64,000 nt of DNA. Source: Anaeramoeba ignava BMAN (taxonomy: Eukaryota > Protista > Anaeramoebae). The notes under the pieces were generated by a model. The model was not told the origin of the DNA and did no database searches. It worked only from the letters and a program-made list of their open reading frames with translations. Numbering within the stretch: position 1 is the first letter of the stretch; the number at the start of each line of letters is the position of its first letter. Position numbers and translations under genes: made by a program. Positions 51,330-63,596 of this stretch are shown piece by piece. The stretch is taken from the NCBI GenBank assembly GCA_028826165.1, contig JAPDFW010000109.1, positions 124,001-188,000 on the forward strand. The letters run 5' to 3'.

Positions 51330-53116
51330 TTGATTATTAAATTTTAATTAATAAATCAAATAAATTTGGATTTGTTTGATTTAATTGAAAATAATCAATT
51401 CCAATTTGAATTTCTTCAATTATTTCTTGTGTAATTTGAATTTCATCTTTAATTTGATTTGAATAAATCCAATATTCAAATATTTGAAATGATTTATTAC
51501 TTAATTCACTATAATCTGTAACTTTATTAGATTTATCTTCAGTTACAGATAAAAACATTCCTCGATATAATTCACTTCTCATTATTAATATTAATTTTGG
51601 AAATTTATATTTCTTTTCTTTTCTTTCAATTATAAAATCTTTTTCATTTTCATTTTCATTTTCATTTAAATAAATTCTTTTAATTGTTTCTTCAATTTTT
51701 TCATTGGAATTTATAATTTCTTTAATTTCAGAATATAATATTGGATTTATTATTCTGTTTGAATAAATCATTTCAAATATTTGATTTGATTCTTTAATTG
51801 ATTTTTTTGAAATAATTTCTTGAAGTTTTTCAATTTGATTTTGATTTTGATTTAATCTATATTTCAATATTAATTTATGAGCTTCAATTATTTCTCCATT
51901 TTCTGTTTTAAATGAAATATCACAAAATTCTTTTCTTTCAAATAATTTTATCAAATCTTCTTCAAGATTGGAAAAAGGAGGAGAATAATAAAGAAATGAT
52001 TTGTTAGTTCCACAAGAAATATGATAATTAGAAATATTTTCATTAAATCTTAATTTAGGAAGTTTAATTTGAATTGGAATTAAATGCCATTCTGTATCTC
52101 CAGTTCCTAATTGACCAAATAAATTATGTCCAAATCCAATTAATTTTGAATTAGAAGTTAAAATCAAAGTATGAACATTTCCAACAGAAAAATCAAGAAT
52201 ATTATCATCATTTTCAAATAAAGATGATTTGATTTCAGTAAATTCATAAGTATCTTCTCGATATTTGCCAAGTCCATTATATCGATAATCTCCACATGAA
52301 TAAAGTTTTCTTTTTGGATTTTGATTTTGATGTTCAATTTCAATCAACATTATTGAATAAGCACTTCCACATTGAATATCAATTATTTTGCCTTTTGGAA
52401 TATTTTGGATTTTGGTTAATTCTTTGATTTTGGTTTCTTCTTTTCTTGATTCTCCTAATCCAAGTTGACCATCACCATTAAATCCGCATCCAAATAATTC
52501 TTGATTTGAATTTAAAAGAAAAACATGATAAGATGAAATTCCTGAAAATATTTTAGAAACATTTTTCATCATTAAAATTGGTTTTTTTGTTTCTTTAAGT
52601 GTTTCAGAATCAAAACCAAGTTGACCAAATAAATTGTCACCAAATCCATAAACATTTTGATTTGAAGTTAATAAGTAAATTGAATTATATCCAGAAACAA
52701 CATCTTGAATTACTCTATCATTTGTATCTTTAATTAATGATGAAATATTGATAAATTCATCTGGATTATTTGGATTAATATATTTTCCTTTTGGCAAATA
52801 CATTTCCTTCTTTTGTTAAAATAGCTTCATTTTGATCACTAACAGTTACTTTTTGAATATTTTCAATTTGGATTTTTGAAGGATTTTGATATGAATCATT
52901 TTCATTTAAATATTCTATTGCTTTTCCATTTTCAAAAAGGAAAATTGTTGCAAATATTCTTGTTGAAATTTGTTTAATTTGTTTTTCATTTTCATTTTCA
53001 TTTTCATTTTCATTTTCATTTTCAAATTTAAATTGAATTGGTTTTGTTATTTCGTATGATTTATTTTTGATAAGTTTTGGAAATGAATTTAAACCAAAAA
53101 ATATAATTTCATTCAT
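51330..53116 (-). CDS. RCC1-repeat + tandem BTB protein, copy 7 (extra A at about 52790; small deletion at the extreme 3' end)
   Basis: ORFs 52775-53116 and 51337-52803 are consecutive parts of one paralog. Confidence 0.85.
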
Positions 53117-53411
53117 TTTTGAAAAGAAAAAAAATGAAAAATGAAAAAATGAATTTTGGAATTTTAATTTTGATTTTAATTTTAATTTTAATTTTAATTT
53201 TAATTTTAATTTTAATTTTAATTTTAATTTTAAATTTAATTTTAATTTTAATTTTAATTTTAATTTTAATTTTAATTTTAATTTTGATTTTGAATTTTAA
53301 TTTTAATTTTAATTTTAATTTTGATTTTAATTTTAATTTTAATTTTAATTTTAATTTTAATTTTAATTTTAAATTTTAATTTTAATTTTAATTTTAATTT
53401 TAATTTTGATT

Positions 53412-55181
53412 TTAATTTTGATTATTAAATTTTTTAGTTAATAAATCAAATAAATTTGGATTTGTTTGATTTAATTGAAAATAATCAATTCCTGTTTCAA
53501 TTTCATTAATTATTTCTTGTGTAATTTCAATTTCATCTTTAATTTGATTTGAATAAATCCAATATTCAAATATTTGAAATGATTTATTACTTAATTCACT
53601 ATAATCTGTAACTTTATTAGATTTATCTTCAGTTACAGATAAAAACATTCCTCGATATAATTCACTTCTCATTATTAATATTAATTTAGGAAATTTATAT
53701 TGTTTTTCTTTTCTTTCAATAATAAAATCTTTTTCATTTTCATTTTCATTTAAATAAATTCTTTTCATTGTTTCTTCAATTTTTTCATTTGAATTTATAA
53801 TTTCTTTAATTTCAGAATATAATTTTGGATTTATTTTGGAATTATTTGAATAAATCATTTCAAATATTTGATTTGATTCTTTAATTGATTTTTTTGAAAT
53901 AATTTCTTTGAAGTTTTTCAATTTCATTTTGATTTTGATTTTTTAATCTATATTTCAATATTAATTTATGAGCTTCAATTATTTCTCCATTTTGTTTTTA
54001 AATGAAATATCACAAAATTCTTTTCTTCTAAATAATTTTATCAAATCTTCTTCAAGATTGGAAAAAGAAGGAGGAGAATAATAAAGAAATGATCTGTCAT
54101 TTCCACAAGAAATATGATAATTAGAAATATTTTCATTAAATCTTAATTTAGGAAGTTTAATTTGAATTGGAATTAATTGATCTTCTGTATTTTCAGTTCC
54201 TAATTGACCTGAAAAATTTTTTCCAAATCCAATTAATTTTGAATTGGAAGTTAAAATCAAAGTATGATCTGCGCCACAAGAAAAATCAAGAATATTATCA
54301 TCATTTTCAAATAAAGATGATTTGATTTCAGTAAATTTATAAGTATTTTCATATTTTCCAAGTCCATTTAATCGATAATCACCACATGAATAAAGTTTTC
54401 TTTTTGGATTTTCATTTTCATTTTCATTTTCAATCAACATTATTGAATACATATATCCAGATTGAATATCAATTATTTTGCCTTTTGGAATATTTTGGAT
54501 TTTGGTTAATTTTTGGATTTTTGATTCTTCTTTTCTTGATTCTCCTAATCCAAGTTGACCTGAATAATTATTTCCGCATCCAAATAATTCTTGATTTGAA
54601 TTTAGAAGAAAAACATGTTTTGAAATATTTCCTGAAAATATTTTAGAAACATTTTTCATCATTAAAATTGGTTTTTGTGTTATTAGAAGTGTTTCAGAAT
54701 CGAAACCAAGTTGACCAAATAAATTGTCACCAAATCCATAAGCATTTTGATTTGAAGTTAATAAGTAAATTGAACTTAATCCAGAAACAATATCTTGAAT
54801 TACTCTATCATTTGTATCTTCAATTAATAATGAAATATTGATAAATTCTTTTATATTTTTTAGATTAACATTTTTTCCTTTGGCAAATACATTTCCTTCT
54901 ATTGTTAAAATAGCTTCATTTTGAAAACTGTTAAGAACTTTTTGAATATTTTCTTCAATTTGGATTTTTTCAGGATTTTGATTTGAATCATTTAAATATT
55001 CTATTGCTTTTCCATTTTCAAAAAGGAAAATTGTTGAAAAATAACCTCCTGATGAAATTTGTTTAATTTGTTTTTCATTTTCATTTTCAAATTTAAATTG
55101 AATTGGCTTTATTATTTTTTCTGGTTCATTTTTGAAAAGTTTTGGATATTGATCTCTTCCAAAAAATATAATTTCATTCAT
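53412..55181 (-). CDS. RCC1-repeat + tandem BTB protein, copy 8 (compensating indels at about 53995 and 53908)
   Basis: Both ORF parts are in the same frame and colinear with paralogs. Confidence 0.85.
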
Positions 55182-55241
55182 TTTTGAAAAGAAAAAAAAT
55201 GAAAAAAATATTTTTTAAAATTTTTTAAAATTTTTAAAATT

Positions 55242-58200
55242 TTAATCTAAATCCTTTAAAATTAAATCAATTATTGAATTTTGATTTAATTGATAATAAT
55301 CTTTTAAATCAATAAATTCTTCAATAATAGATTGAGTAACTTTTGTATCATCAAATTTATCATGATAAAAGAAATAGATTAATTGATTTATTGTCTCAAA
55401 TGATTTTCGTGAATAATCATGAACTTTATTGGAAGAATCTTGAACATTTAATTGAAACATTCCTTTAAATAATTCACTTCTTATGATTAATATTAATTTA
55501 TGAACTTTAATCTCTTTTTTTTCGCAAATTATTGTAAAATCTTTTGTTTCGTTTTGTTCGTATAATTTTTCAAAATCTTTGATTATTCCTTCTCTTCCTT
55601 TTTTTGAGTCAATCCAATTTGAATCAAATCCAAGTTCTTTAAAAAGTTGTGAAATAATTTCTTTTTCTTTTTCTTGTTCTTTTTCTTTTCTTCTTCTTCT
55701 TTGACTGAATCGCTTGAATCGTTATCAGAATCTAGTTTCGGGAACATTTTTTCAAAATTTGTAAATCCTGTATAAAGAAAATCCAAAGCAATTCCGACTT
55801 CTTCTTTTGGCTTTTGGAAACAAATGCGAGCAAATCTCTGTAGAACGGATTCATCGTTGTTAAATCTTGTCAAAAGAATCAATTTATGAGCTTTGAATTT
55901 GAAAGAATCAATTGATTGAATTTGGTAATCTGAAAAATTATCAGTTGATTTTAATAAATTGTTTAAATCTTGATTAAATGAATAAAGTTGGGAAAATAAA
56001 TGGATAAATTGCTTTGTAATTTGCTTTCTTTCCAATTTGAAAATATTCGCATTGTTATCTAATAAGCATTTGATGACATTTTCGTTTGCGTTATGAATTG
56101 CTATTGAAAGAGCTGTTTCACTAGTATGTGTTACTGCATTAACATCAACTCCATTTCTAACCAAATATTGGATAATAGATAATGATACATTATTCCAACA
56201 AGCAAAATGTAAAGGTGTTTGATTTCCATCAGCTCTCATATCAATATCAGCTCCTTTTGAAACTAAATACTGAATAACATCAAATGAATTTTTTTGACAA
56301 GCAAGATGTAAGGCTGTTTCATTCCTATTATTTTTCTCATTGACATCAACCCCTTTTGAAATCAAATACTCGATAATTTCAATCGATAAATGTCTCTGAC
56401 AAGCTAAATGCAAAACCGTTTGATTTTGATAAGTTTTGGCATTTAGATCAACTCCTTTTTCCACAAGAAATTTGATGATTCCAAAAGATGAATCATTTTG
56501 ACAGGTAAAATGTAAAGCTGTTTGATTCCTATTGGTTACCACATTGATATCCGCTCCCTTTGAAATTAGGTATTGGATCGAGTCTATCGAGTTGTTTTGT
56601 AGAGCAAAATGAAGTGGTGTTTGGTTTTCATTTGTTTTTGCGTTTATATCAAGTCCCTTTTCAACAAGAAACTTAATAGTTTCAAAAGATGAATTATTTC
56701 GACAAGCAAAATGCAAAGCTGTTTCATTTGAGTTCGTTTTTTCGTGGATATCAACTCCTTTTTCAACTAAATACTCAATAACTTCGAGCGAATTACTTTC
56801 ACAAGCAAAATGTAAAGCTGTTTTGCCGAAATCTGTTTTTGCATTGATATAAAGTTCCTTTTCAACAAGATATTTCACAATTTCAATTGAGGAACTACTT
56901 CGACAAGCAAAATGCAAAGCTGTTTCGTTGCGATTTGCTTTTGCATTGATATCAAGTCCTTTTGCAACCAAATATTGGATAATTTCAAGTGAACTATTTT
57001 CGCAAATATAATGCAAAATCGTGTGATTTCTGTTTGTTTTTGCATTGATATCAGCTCCTTTTTCAACCAAATATTGAATTGTTTCTAATCTTCCGCCATC
57101 CCAACAGCCAAAATGCAAAGGTGTTTCGTTGTGAATCGTTTTTGCGTTGATATCAAACCCTCCTTCAACTAAATACTGGGTAATTTCAAATGAATTAAAT
57201 TGCAAAGAATAATGCAAAGCTGTTTCATTCTGGTGATTTTTGGCATTTAGATCAACTCCTTTTTCGACAAGAAATTCGATGATTTCAAGTGAATTTGTTT
57301 GGCAGGCATAATGGAAAATTGTTTCGTTTTCATTTGTTTTTGCATTTATATCAAGTCCTTTTTCAATGAGAAATTTAACTGCATCTAGAGATCTATTTCT
57401 GCAAGCCAAATGCAAAGCCGTTTCATTCTGGTTGTTTTTTGTATTAATATCAGCTCCTTTTTCAACAAGAAATTTGATAACTCCAAATGTATTGTATTCA
57501 CAAGCTAAATGGAAGGCAGTTTTCTTTCCGCCTGTTTTTTGATCAATTTCAACATCGTTTTCAATCAAATACTGAATAATTGAGATGGATGCGCTATTTT
57601 GGCATGCCAGATGCAAAGATGTTTCATTATAGTTTGTTTTTGCATTGATATCAACTCCTTTTTCAACCAGATATTGGATAACTTCAAGTGAAAGGCTACT
57701 TTGAGAAGCATAATGCAAAACTGTTTCATTATAACTTGTTTTTTCGTTAATATCAAGTCCCTTTTCCACCAAATATTGAATGACATCAAGCGAGTTTTTT
57801 GGGGAAGCAAGATGCAAACTTGTCTCTCCCCATCTTGTTTTTGTATATATATCAACTCCCTTTTCAACAAGAAATTTGATCACAGCAAGTGAGTTTTTTT
57901 GGCAAGCAATATTCGAAGCTGTTTTCCCAAAATTGGTTCTTGCATGTAGATCAACTCCCTTTTCAACAAGAAATTTGATCACTTCAAGCGAGTTTTTTCC
58001 ACATGCAAAATGCAAAGTGGTTTCATTTTTATTGGTTTTTGCTTTTATATCAAGTCCCTTCTCAACTAAATATTGGATCACTTCAAGCGAGTTTTTTTCA
58101 CATGCAAAATGCAAAGCTGTTTTTCCAAAACTAGCCTTTTGATGTATATCAAATCCCTTTTCAACAAAAAATTTGATAACTTCAAGCGAATTACTTTTGC

Positions 58201-59146
58201 AAGCCAAATGTAAGACTGATTCATCTTGAGTTGTTCTTGGTTTTAAATCAGCTCCTTTTTGAATTAAATATTGGATAACTTCAAGTGAGTTTTTTCGACA
58301 AGCAGAATGCAAAAGTGATTTCCCAAGAGTTGTTTTTGAGTTTGCATCAAATCCCTTTTCAAAAAGAAAATTGATAACTTCAAGCGAATTACTTTTGCAA
58401 GCAAAATGAAAGGGTGATTTGTTTTTGTTTGTTTTTGTTTTTAAATCAGCTCCTTTTTGAATTAAATATTGGATAACTTCAAGTGAGTTTTTTCGACAAG
58501 CAAAATGCAAAACTGATTCATGCAAATTTGTTTTTTGATTTACATCAAATTTTTTTTCAATCAAATATTGGACAACTTCAAGCGAGTTGTTTTTGCAAGC
58601 CAAATGCAAATTTGACATCACACTTTTCTCAAAAATTAATGAAGGAGTTGTTTTTTGATGAATATTCAATCCTTTCCCAATAAGAAATTCAATAATTTGA
58701 ATTGAATTGTATTGACAAGCATAATTTAAAAGTGTTCTTCCTTTTCTGTCTTTTGAATGAATATCCATCCCTTTTTCAACCAAAATTTCGATAATTTTCA
58801 TTAAATCTTGATTATTTTTCGTATATTTTATTGCAAGATGCAAAATTGTTTTCCCTTTTCTATCGTTTGAATTCATGTTAATTCCTTTTCCAATCAATAA
58901 TTCAATCATTTCAATTCCTGAATTATTTATAATTGCAATATGTAATTCATTTCTTCCTTTTTTATCAAATGAATTTGTTTTTATTCCTTTTGAAATTAAT
59001 TCTTCAATAAAATCTTTGGAAACTTTTTTTTCAATTGCAAAATGTAAAATTGGTTTTTCTTCTTTTTCTAATTCTGTTTTTGGTATTGATTTTGTTTGCT
59101 TTAATAATTCAATGTTATTTTTTTCAATAATTTTGCGAATTTCCAT
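55242..59146 (-). CDS. Long ankyrin-repeat (about 30 repeats) + tandem BTB protein; one A missing near 55688
   Basis: 33-aa repeats ETALHFACxxNSLEVIxYLVEKGxDINAKT, then FSDYQI...KAHKLILLTRF and, after frame repair, KKGREGIIKDFEKLY...KDFTII...VHKLILIIRSELFKGMF...SNKVHDYS...DYYQLN. ATG at 59146 (MEIRKII). Confidence 0.9.
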
Positions 59147-59206
59147 TTTTGAGAAGAAAAAAAATGAAAAACGAAAATTCAAAAATCATTTTTTTTCTTT
59201 TCTAAA
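59147..59206. promoter_or_regulatory. 60-bp bidirectional promoter-like interval with opposed TCATTTTTTT elements
   Basis: Divergent ATGs at 59146 (-) and 59207 (+). Each is preceded on its own strand by TCATTTTTTT...TTCT/C-AAAA-ATG. Confidence 0.6.
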
Positions 59207-60970
59207 ATGAATGAAATTTTATTTTTTGGTTCAAATTACAAACCAACAATAATAAAAAATGAAACAAATTTAATAACAAAGCCAATTCAATTTAAATTTG
59301 AAAATGAAAATGAAAATGAAAATGAAAAACAAATTAAACAAATTTCAACAAGTAATTTTTCAACAATTTTCCTTTTTGAAAATGGAAAAGCAATAGAATA
59401 TTTAAATAAACCTGAAAAAATCCAAATTGAAAATATTCAAAAAGTATCTGTTGGTGATCAAAATGAAACTATTTTAACAATAGAAGGAAATGTATTTGCC
59501 AAAGGAAAAGATATTAATCCAAATTATCCAAAACAATTTATCAATATTTCATCATTAATTGAAGATACAAATGATAGAATAATTCAAGATATTGTTTCTG
59601 GAGCATATCAATCAATTTACTTATTAACTTCAAATCAAAATGTTTATGGAATTGGTTCAAATTATTTTGGTCAACTTGGTTTTGATTCTGAAACACTTAA
59701 AGAAACAAAAAAACCAATTTTAATGATGAAAAATGTTTCTAAAATATTTTTAGGAGATTCTTCAGCTCATATTTTTCTTTTAAATTTAAATCAAGAATTA
59801 TTTGGATGCGGATTAAATATATATGGTCAACTTGGATTAGGAGAATCAAGAAAAGAAGAATCAAAAATCCAAAAATTAACCAAAATCCAAAATATTCCAA
59901 AAGGCAAAATAATTGATATTCAATGTGGATATTTTCATTCAATAATGTTAATTGAAAATGAAGATGAAAATCAAAATCCAAAAAGAAAACTTTGTTCATG
60001 TGGAAATTCTCAATATAATGGACCCGGCAAATATGAAGATACTTATGAATTTACTGAAATCAAATCATCTTTATTTGAAAATGATGATGATATTCTTGAT
60101 TTTTCTGTTGGATATAATCATACTTTGATTTTAACTTCCAATTCAAAATTAATTGGATTTGGAAATAATTATAATGGTCAATTAGGAACTGGAAATATAT
60201 ATGATCAAAGAATTCCAATTCAAATTGAACTTCCTAAATTAAGATTTAATGAAAATATTTCTAATTATCATATTTCTTGTGGAAATGATAGATCATTTCT
60301 TTATTATTCTTCTCCTCCTTCTTTTTCCAATCTTGAAGAAGATTTGATAAAACTATTTAAAAGAAAAGAATTTTGTGATATTTCATTTAAAACCAAAAAT
60401 GGAGAAATAATCAAAGCTCATAAATTAATATTGAAATATAGATTAAATCAAAACCAAAATGGAATTGAAAAACTTCAAGAAATTATTTCAAAAAAATCAA
60501 TTAAAGAATCAAATCAAATATTTGAAATGATTTATTCAAACAGAATAATAAATCCAATATTATATTCTGAAATTAAAGAAATTATAAATTCAAATGAAAA
60601 AATTGAAGAAACAATGAAAAGAATTTATTTAAATGAAAATGAAAATGAAAAAGATTTTATAATTGAAAGAAAAGAAAAACAATATAAATTTCCTAAATTA
60701 ATATTAATAATGAGAAGTGAATTATATCGAGGAATGTTTTTATCTGTAACTGAAGATAAATCAAATAAAGTTACAGATTATAGTGAATTAAGTAATAAAT
60801 CATTTCAAATATTTGAATATTGGATTTATTCAAATCAAATTAAAGAAGGAATTCAAATTACACAAGAAATAATTAATGAAATTCAAATTGGAATTGATTA
60901 TTTTCAATTAAATCAAACAAATCCAAATTTATTTGATTTATTAATTAATAAATTTAATAATCAAAATTAA
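59207..60970 (+). CDS. RCC1-repeat + tandem BTB protein, copy 9
   Basis: Intact 587-aa ORF. Confidence 0.9.
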   Translation: MNEILFFGSNYKPTIIKNETNLITKPIQFKFENENENENEKQIKQISTSNFSTIFLFENGKAIEYLNKPEKIQIENIQKVSVGDQNETILTIEGNVFAKGKDINPNYPKQFINISSLIEDTNDRIIQDIVSGAYQSIYLLTSNQNVYGIGSNYFGQLGFDSETLKETKKPILMMKNVSKIFLGDSSAHIFLLNLNQELFGCGLNIYGQLGLGESRKEESKIQKLTKIQNIPKGKIIDIQCGYFHSIMLIENEDENQNPKRKLCSCGNSQYNGPGKYEDTYEFTEIKSSLFENDDDILDFSVGYNHTLILTSNSKLIGFGNNYNGQLGTGNIYDQRIPIQIELPKLRFNENISNYHISCGNDRSFLYYSSPPSFSNLEEDLIKLFKRKEFCDISFKTKNGEIIKAHKLILKYRLNQNQNGIEKLQEIISKKSIKESNQIFEMIYSNRIINPILYSEIKEIINSNEKIEETMKRIYLNENENEKDFIIERKEKQYKFPKLILIMRSELYRGMFLSVTEDKSNKVTDYSELSNKSFQIFEYWIYSNQIKEGIQITQEIINEIQIGIDYFQLNQTNPNLFDLLINKFNNQN

Positions 60971-61770
60971 AATTAAAATTAAAATTAAATTAAAATTAAA
61001 ATTAAAATTAAAATTAAAATTAAAATTAAAATTAAAATTCAAAATTAAAATTAAAATCAAAATTAAAATTCAAAATTAAAATTCAAAATTAAAATTAAAA
61101 TTAAAATTAAAAATTAAAATCAAAAATCAAAATTAATATTAAAATTAAAATTAAAATTAAAATTAAAATCAAAATTAAAATTAAAATTAAAAAATTAAAA
61201 TTAAAATTAAAATTAAAATTAAAATTAAATTTAAAATTAAAATTAAAATTAAAATTAAAATTAAAAATTAAATTTAAAATCAAAATCAAAATTAAAATTA
61301 AAATTAAAATTAAATTTAAAATCAAAATTAAAATTAAAATTAAAATCAAAATTAAAATTAAAATTAAAATTAAAATTAAAATTAAAATTAAAATTAAAAT
61401 TAAAATTAAAATTAAAATTAAAATTAAATTTAAAATCAAAATCAAAATTTAAAATTAAAACCAAAATCAAAATTAAAATTAAAATTAAAATTAAAATCAA
61501 AATTAAAATTAAAATTAAAATTAAAATTAAAATTAAAATTAAAATTAAAATTAAAATTAAAATCAAAATCAAAATTTAAAATTAAAATTGAAATCAAAAT
61601 TAAAATCAAAATAAAAATTAAAATTAAAAATTAAAATTAAAATCAAAATCAAAATTAAAATTAAAATTAAAATTAAAATTAAAATTAAAATTAAAATCAA
61701 AATAAAAATAAAAATAATATTAAAATTAAAAATTCAAAAATCATTTTTTTTCATTTTTTTCTTTTCTAAA

Positions 61771-63525
61771 ATGAATGAAATTTTATTTTTTGGTTCAAAT
61801 TACAAACCAACAATAATAAAAAATGAAACAGAAATAATAAAAAAACCAATTCAATTTAAATTTGAAAATGAAAATGAAAATGAAAATGAAAAACAAATTA
61901 AACAAATTTCAACAAGTTATTTTTCAACAATTTTCCTTTTTGAAAATGGAAAAGCAATAGAATATTTAAATAAACCTGAAAAAATCCAAATTGAAGAAAA
62001 TATTCAAAAAGTAACTGTTGGTTTTCAAAATGAAGCTATTTTAACAATAGAAGGAAATGTATTTGCCAAAGGAGAAGATATTAATCCAAATAACCTAAAA
62101 GAATTTAACAATATTTCATCATTAATTAAAGGTACAAATGATAGAATAATTGAAGATATTGTTTCTGGATACAATTCAATTTACTTATTAACTTCAAATC
62201 AAAATGTTTACGGAATTGGTTCAAATTATTTTGGTCAACTTGGTTTTGATTCTGAAACACTTCAAAAAACAAAAAAACCAATTTTAATGATGAAAAATGT
62301 TTCTAAAATATTTTCAGGAAATTCTTCAATTTCTCTTTTTCTTTTAAATTCAAATCAAGAATTATTTGGATGCGGATTAAATAGATATGGTCAACTTGGA
62401 TTAGGAGAATCAAGAAAAGAAGAATCAAAAATCCAAAAATTAACCAAAATCCAAAATATTCCAAAAGGCAAAATAATTGATATTCAATGTGGATATTTTC
62501 ATTCAATAATGTTGATTGAAAATGAAGATGAAAATCAAAATCAAAAAAGAAAACTTTATTCATGTGGATTTTCTGGAAATAATGGACTTGACAAATATGA
62601 AAATACTTATGAATTTACTGAAATCAAATCATCTTTATTTGAAAATGATAATATTCTTGATTTTTCTGTTGGATATAATCATACTTTGATTTTAACTTCC
62701 AATTCAAAATTAATTGGATTTGGAAATAATTATAATGGTCAATTAGGAGGTGGAAATATATATGATCAAAGAATTCCAATTCAAATTGAACTTCCTAAAT
62801 TAAGATTTAATGAAAATATTTCTAATTATCATATTTCTTGTGGAAATGATAGATCATTTCTTTATTATTCTTCTCCTCCTTCTTTTTCCAATCTTGAAGA
62901 AGATTTGATAAAATTATTTGAAAGAAAAGAATTTTGTGATATTTCATTTAAAACAGAAAATGGTGAAATAATTGAAGCTCATAAATTAATATTAAAATAT
63001 AGATTAAATCAAAATCAAAATCAAATTGAAAAACTTCAAGAAATTATTTCAAAAAAATCAATTAAAGAATCAAATCAAATATTTGAAATGATTTATTCAA
63101 ACAAAATAATAAATCTAAAATTATATTCTGAAATTAAAGAAATTATAAATTCCAATGAAAAAATTGAAGAAACAATGAAAAGAATTTATTTAAATGAAAA
63201 TGAAAATGAAAAAGATTTTATAATTGAAAGAAAAGAAAAACAATATAAATTTCCTAAATTAATATTAATAATGAGAAGTGAATTATATCGAGGAATGTTT
63301 TTATCTGTAACAAATGATACTTCTAATAAAGTTACAGATTATAGTGAATTAAGTAATAAATCATTTCAAATATTTGAATATTGGATTTATTCAAATCAAA
63401 TTAAAGAAGAAATTCAAATTACACAAGAAATAATTGATGAAATGGAAAGAGGAATTGATTATTTTCAATTAAATCAAACAAATCCAAATTTATTTGATTT
63501 ATTAATTAGGAAATTTAATAATTAA
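61771..63525 (+). CDS. RCC1-repeat + tandem BTB protein, copy 10
   Basis: Intact 584-aa ORF. Confidence 0.9.
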   Translation: MNEILFFGSNYKPTIIKNETEIIKKPIQFKFENENENENEKQIKQISTSYFSTIFLFENGKAIEYLNKPEKIQIEENIQKVTVGFQNEAILTIEGNVFAKGEDINPNNLKEFNNISSLIKGTNDRIIEDIVSGYNSIYLLTSNQNVYGIGSNYFGQLGFDSETLQKTKKPILMMKNVSKIFSGNSSISLFLLNSNQELFGCGLNRYGQLGLGESRKEESKIQKLTKIQNIPKGKIIDIQCGYFHSIMLIENEDENQNQKRKLYSCGFSGNNGLDKYENTYEFTEIKSSLFENDNILDFSVGYNHTLILTSNSKLIGFGNNYNGQLGGGNIYDQRIPIQIELPKLRFNENISNYHISCGNDRSFLYYSSPPSFSNLEEDLIKLFERKEFCDISFKTENGEIIEAHKLILKYRLNQNQNQIEKLQEIISKKSIKESNQIFEMIYSNKIINLKLYSEIKEIINSNEKIEETMKRIYLNENENEKDFIIERKEKQYKFPKLILIMRSELYRGMFLSVTNDTSNKVTDYSELSNKSFQIFEYWIYSNQIKEEIQITQEIIDEMERGIDYFQLNQTNPNLFDLLIRKFNN

Positions 63526-63596
63526 AATTAAAATTAAAATTAAAATTAAAAATTTATTTTTTCATTTTTCATTTTTTCATTTTTTTCTTTTCAAAA

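Larger units (their letters stand above)
37983..61730. repeat. Dispersed (AAAATT/AAAATC)n spacers between array genes (37983-38380, 40206-40517, 42352-42604, 44412-44775, 46030-46712, 48557-48977, 50803-51330, 53160-53412, 60968-61730)
   Basis: Visible directly; read as AAAATT on the coding strand of the adjacent RCC1-BTB genes. Confidence 0.93.

Noticed and set aside
41370-55690. Frameshifts in RCC1-BTB copies 3, 4, 6, 7, 8 and the ankyrin gene as pseudogenes or phase-variation switches
   Set aside because: Almost all are single-base indels in A runs or hybrids of two paralog variants, at different sites in each copy. The same error type hits housekeeping genes (TRAPPC8, NOM1). Long-read or polishing error is the simpler explanation; only raw reads can exclude real slippage.
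2801-61572. ORF-track entries such as (KFVL)n, (IL)n, (NF)n, (LK)n, (DF)n and short antisense ORFs
   Set aside because: They are translations of microsatellites or the reverse strand of real genes and have no independent coding signal.
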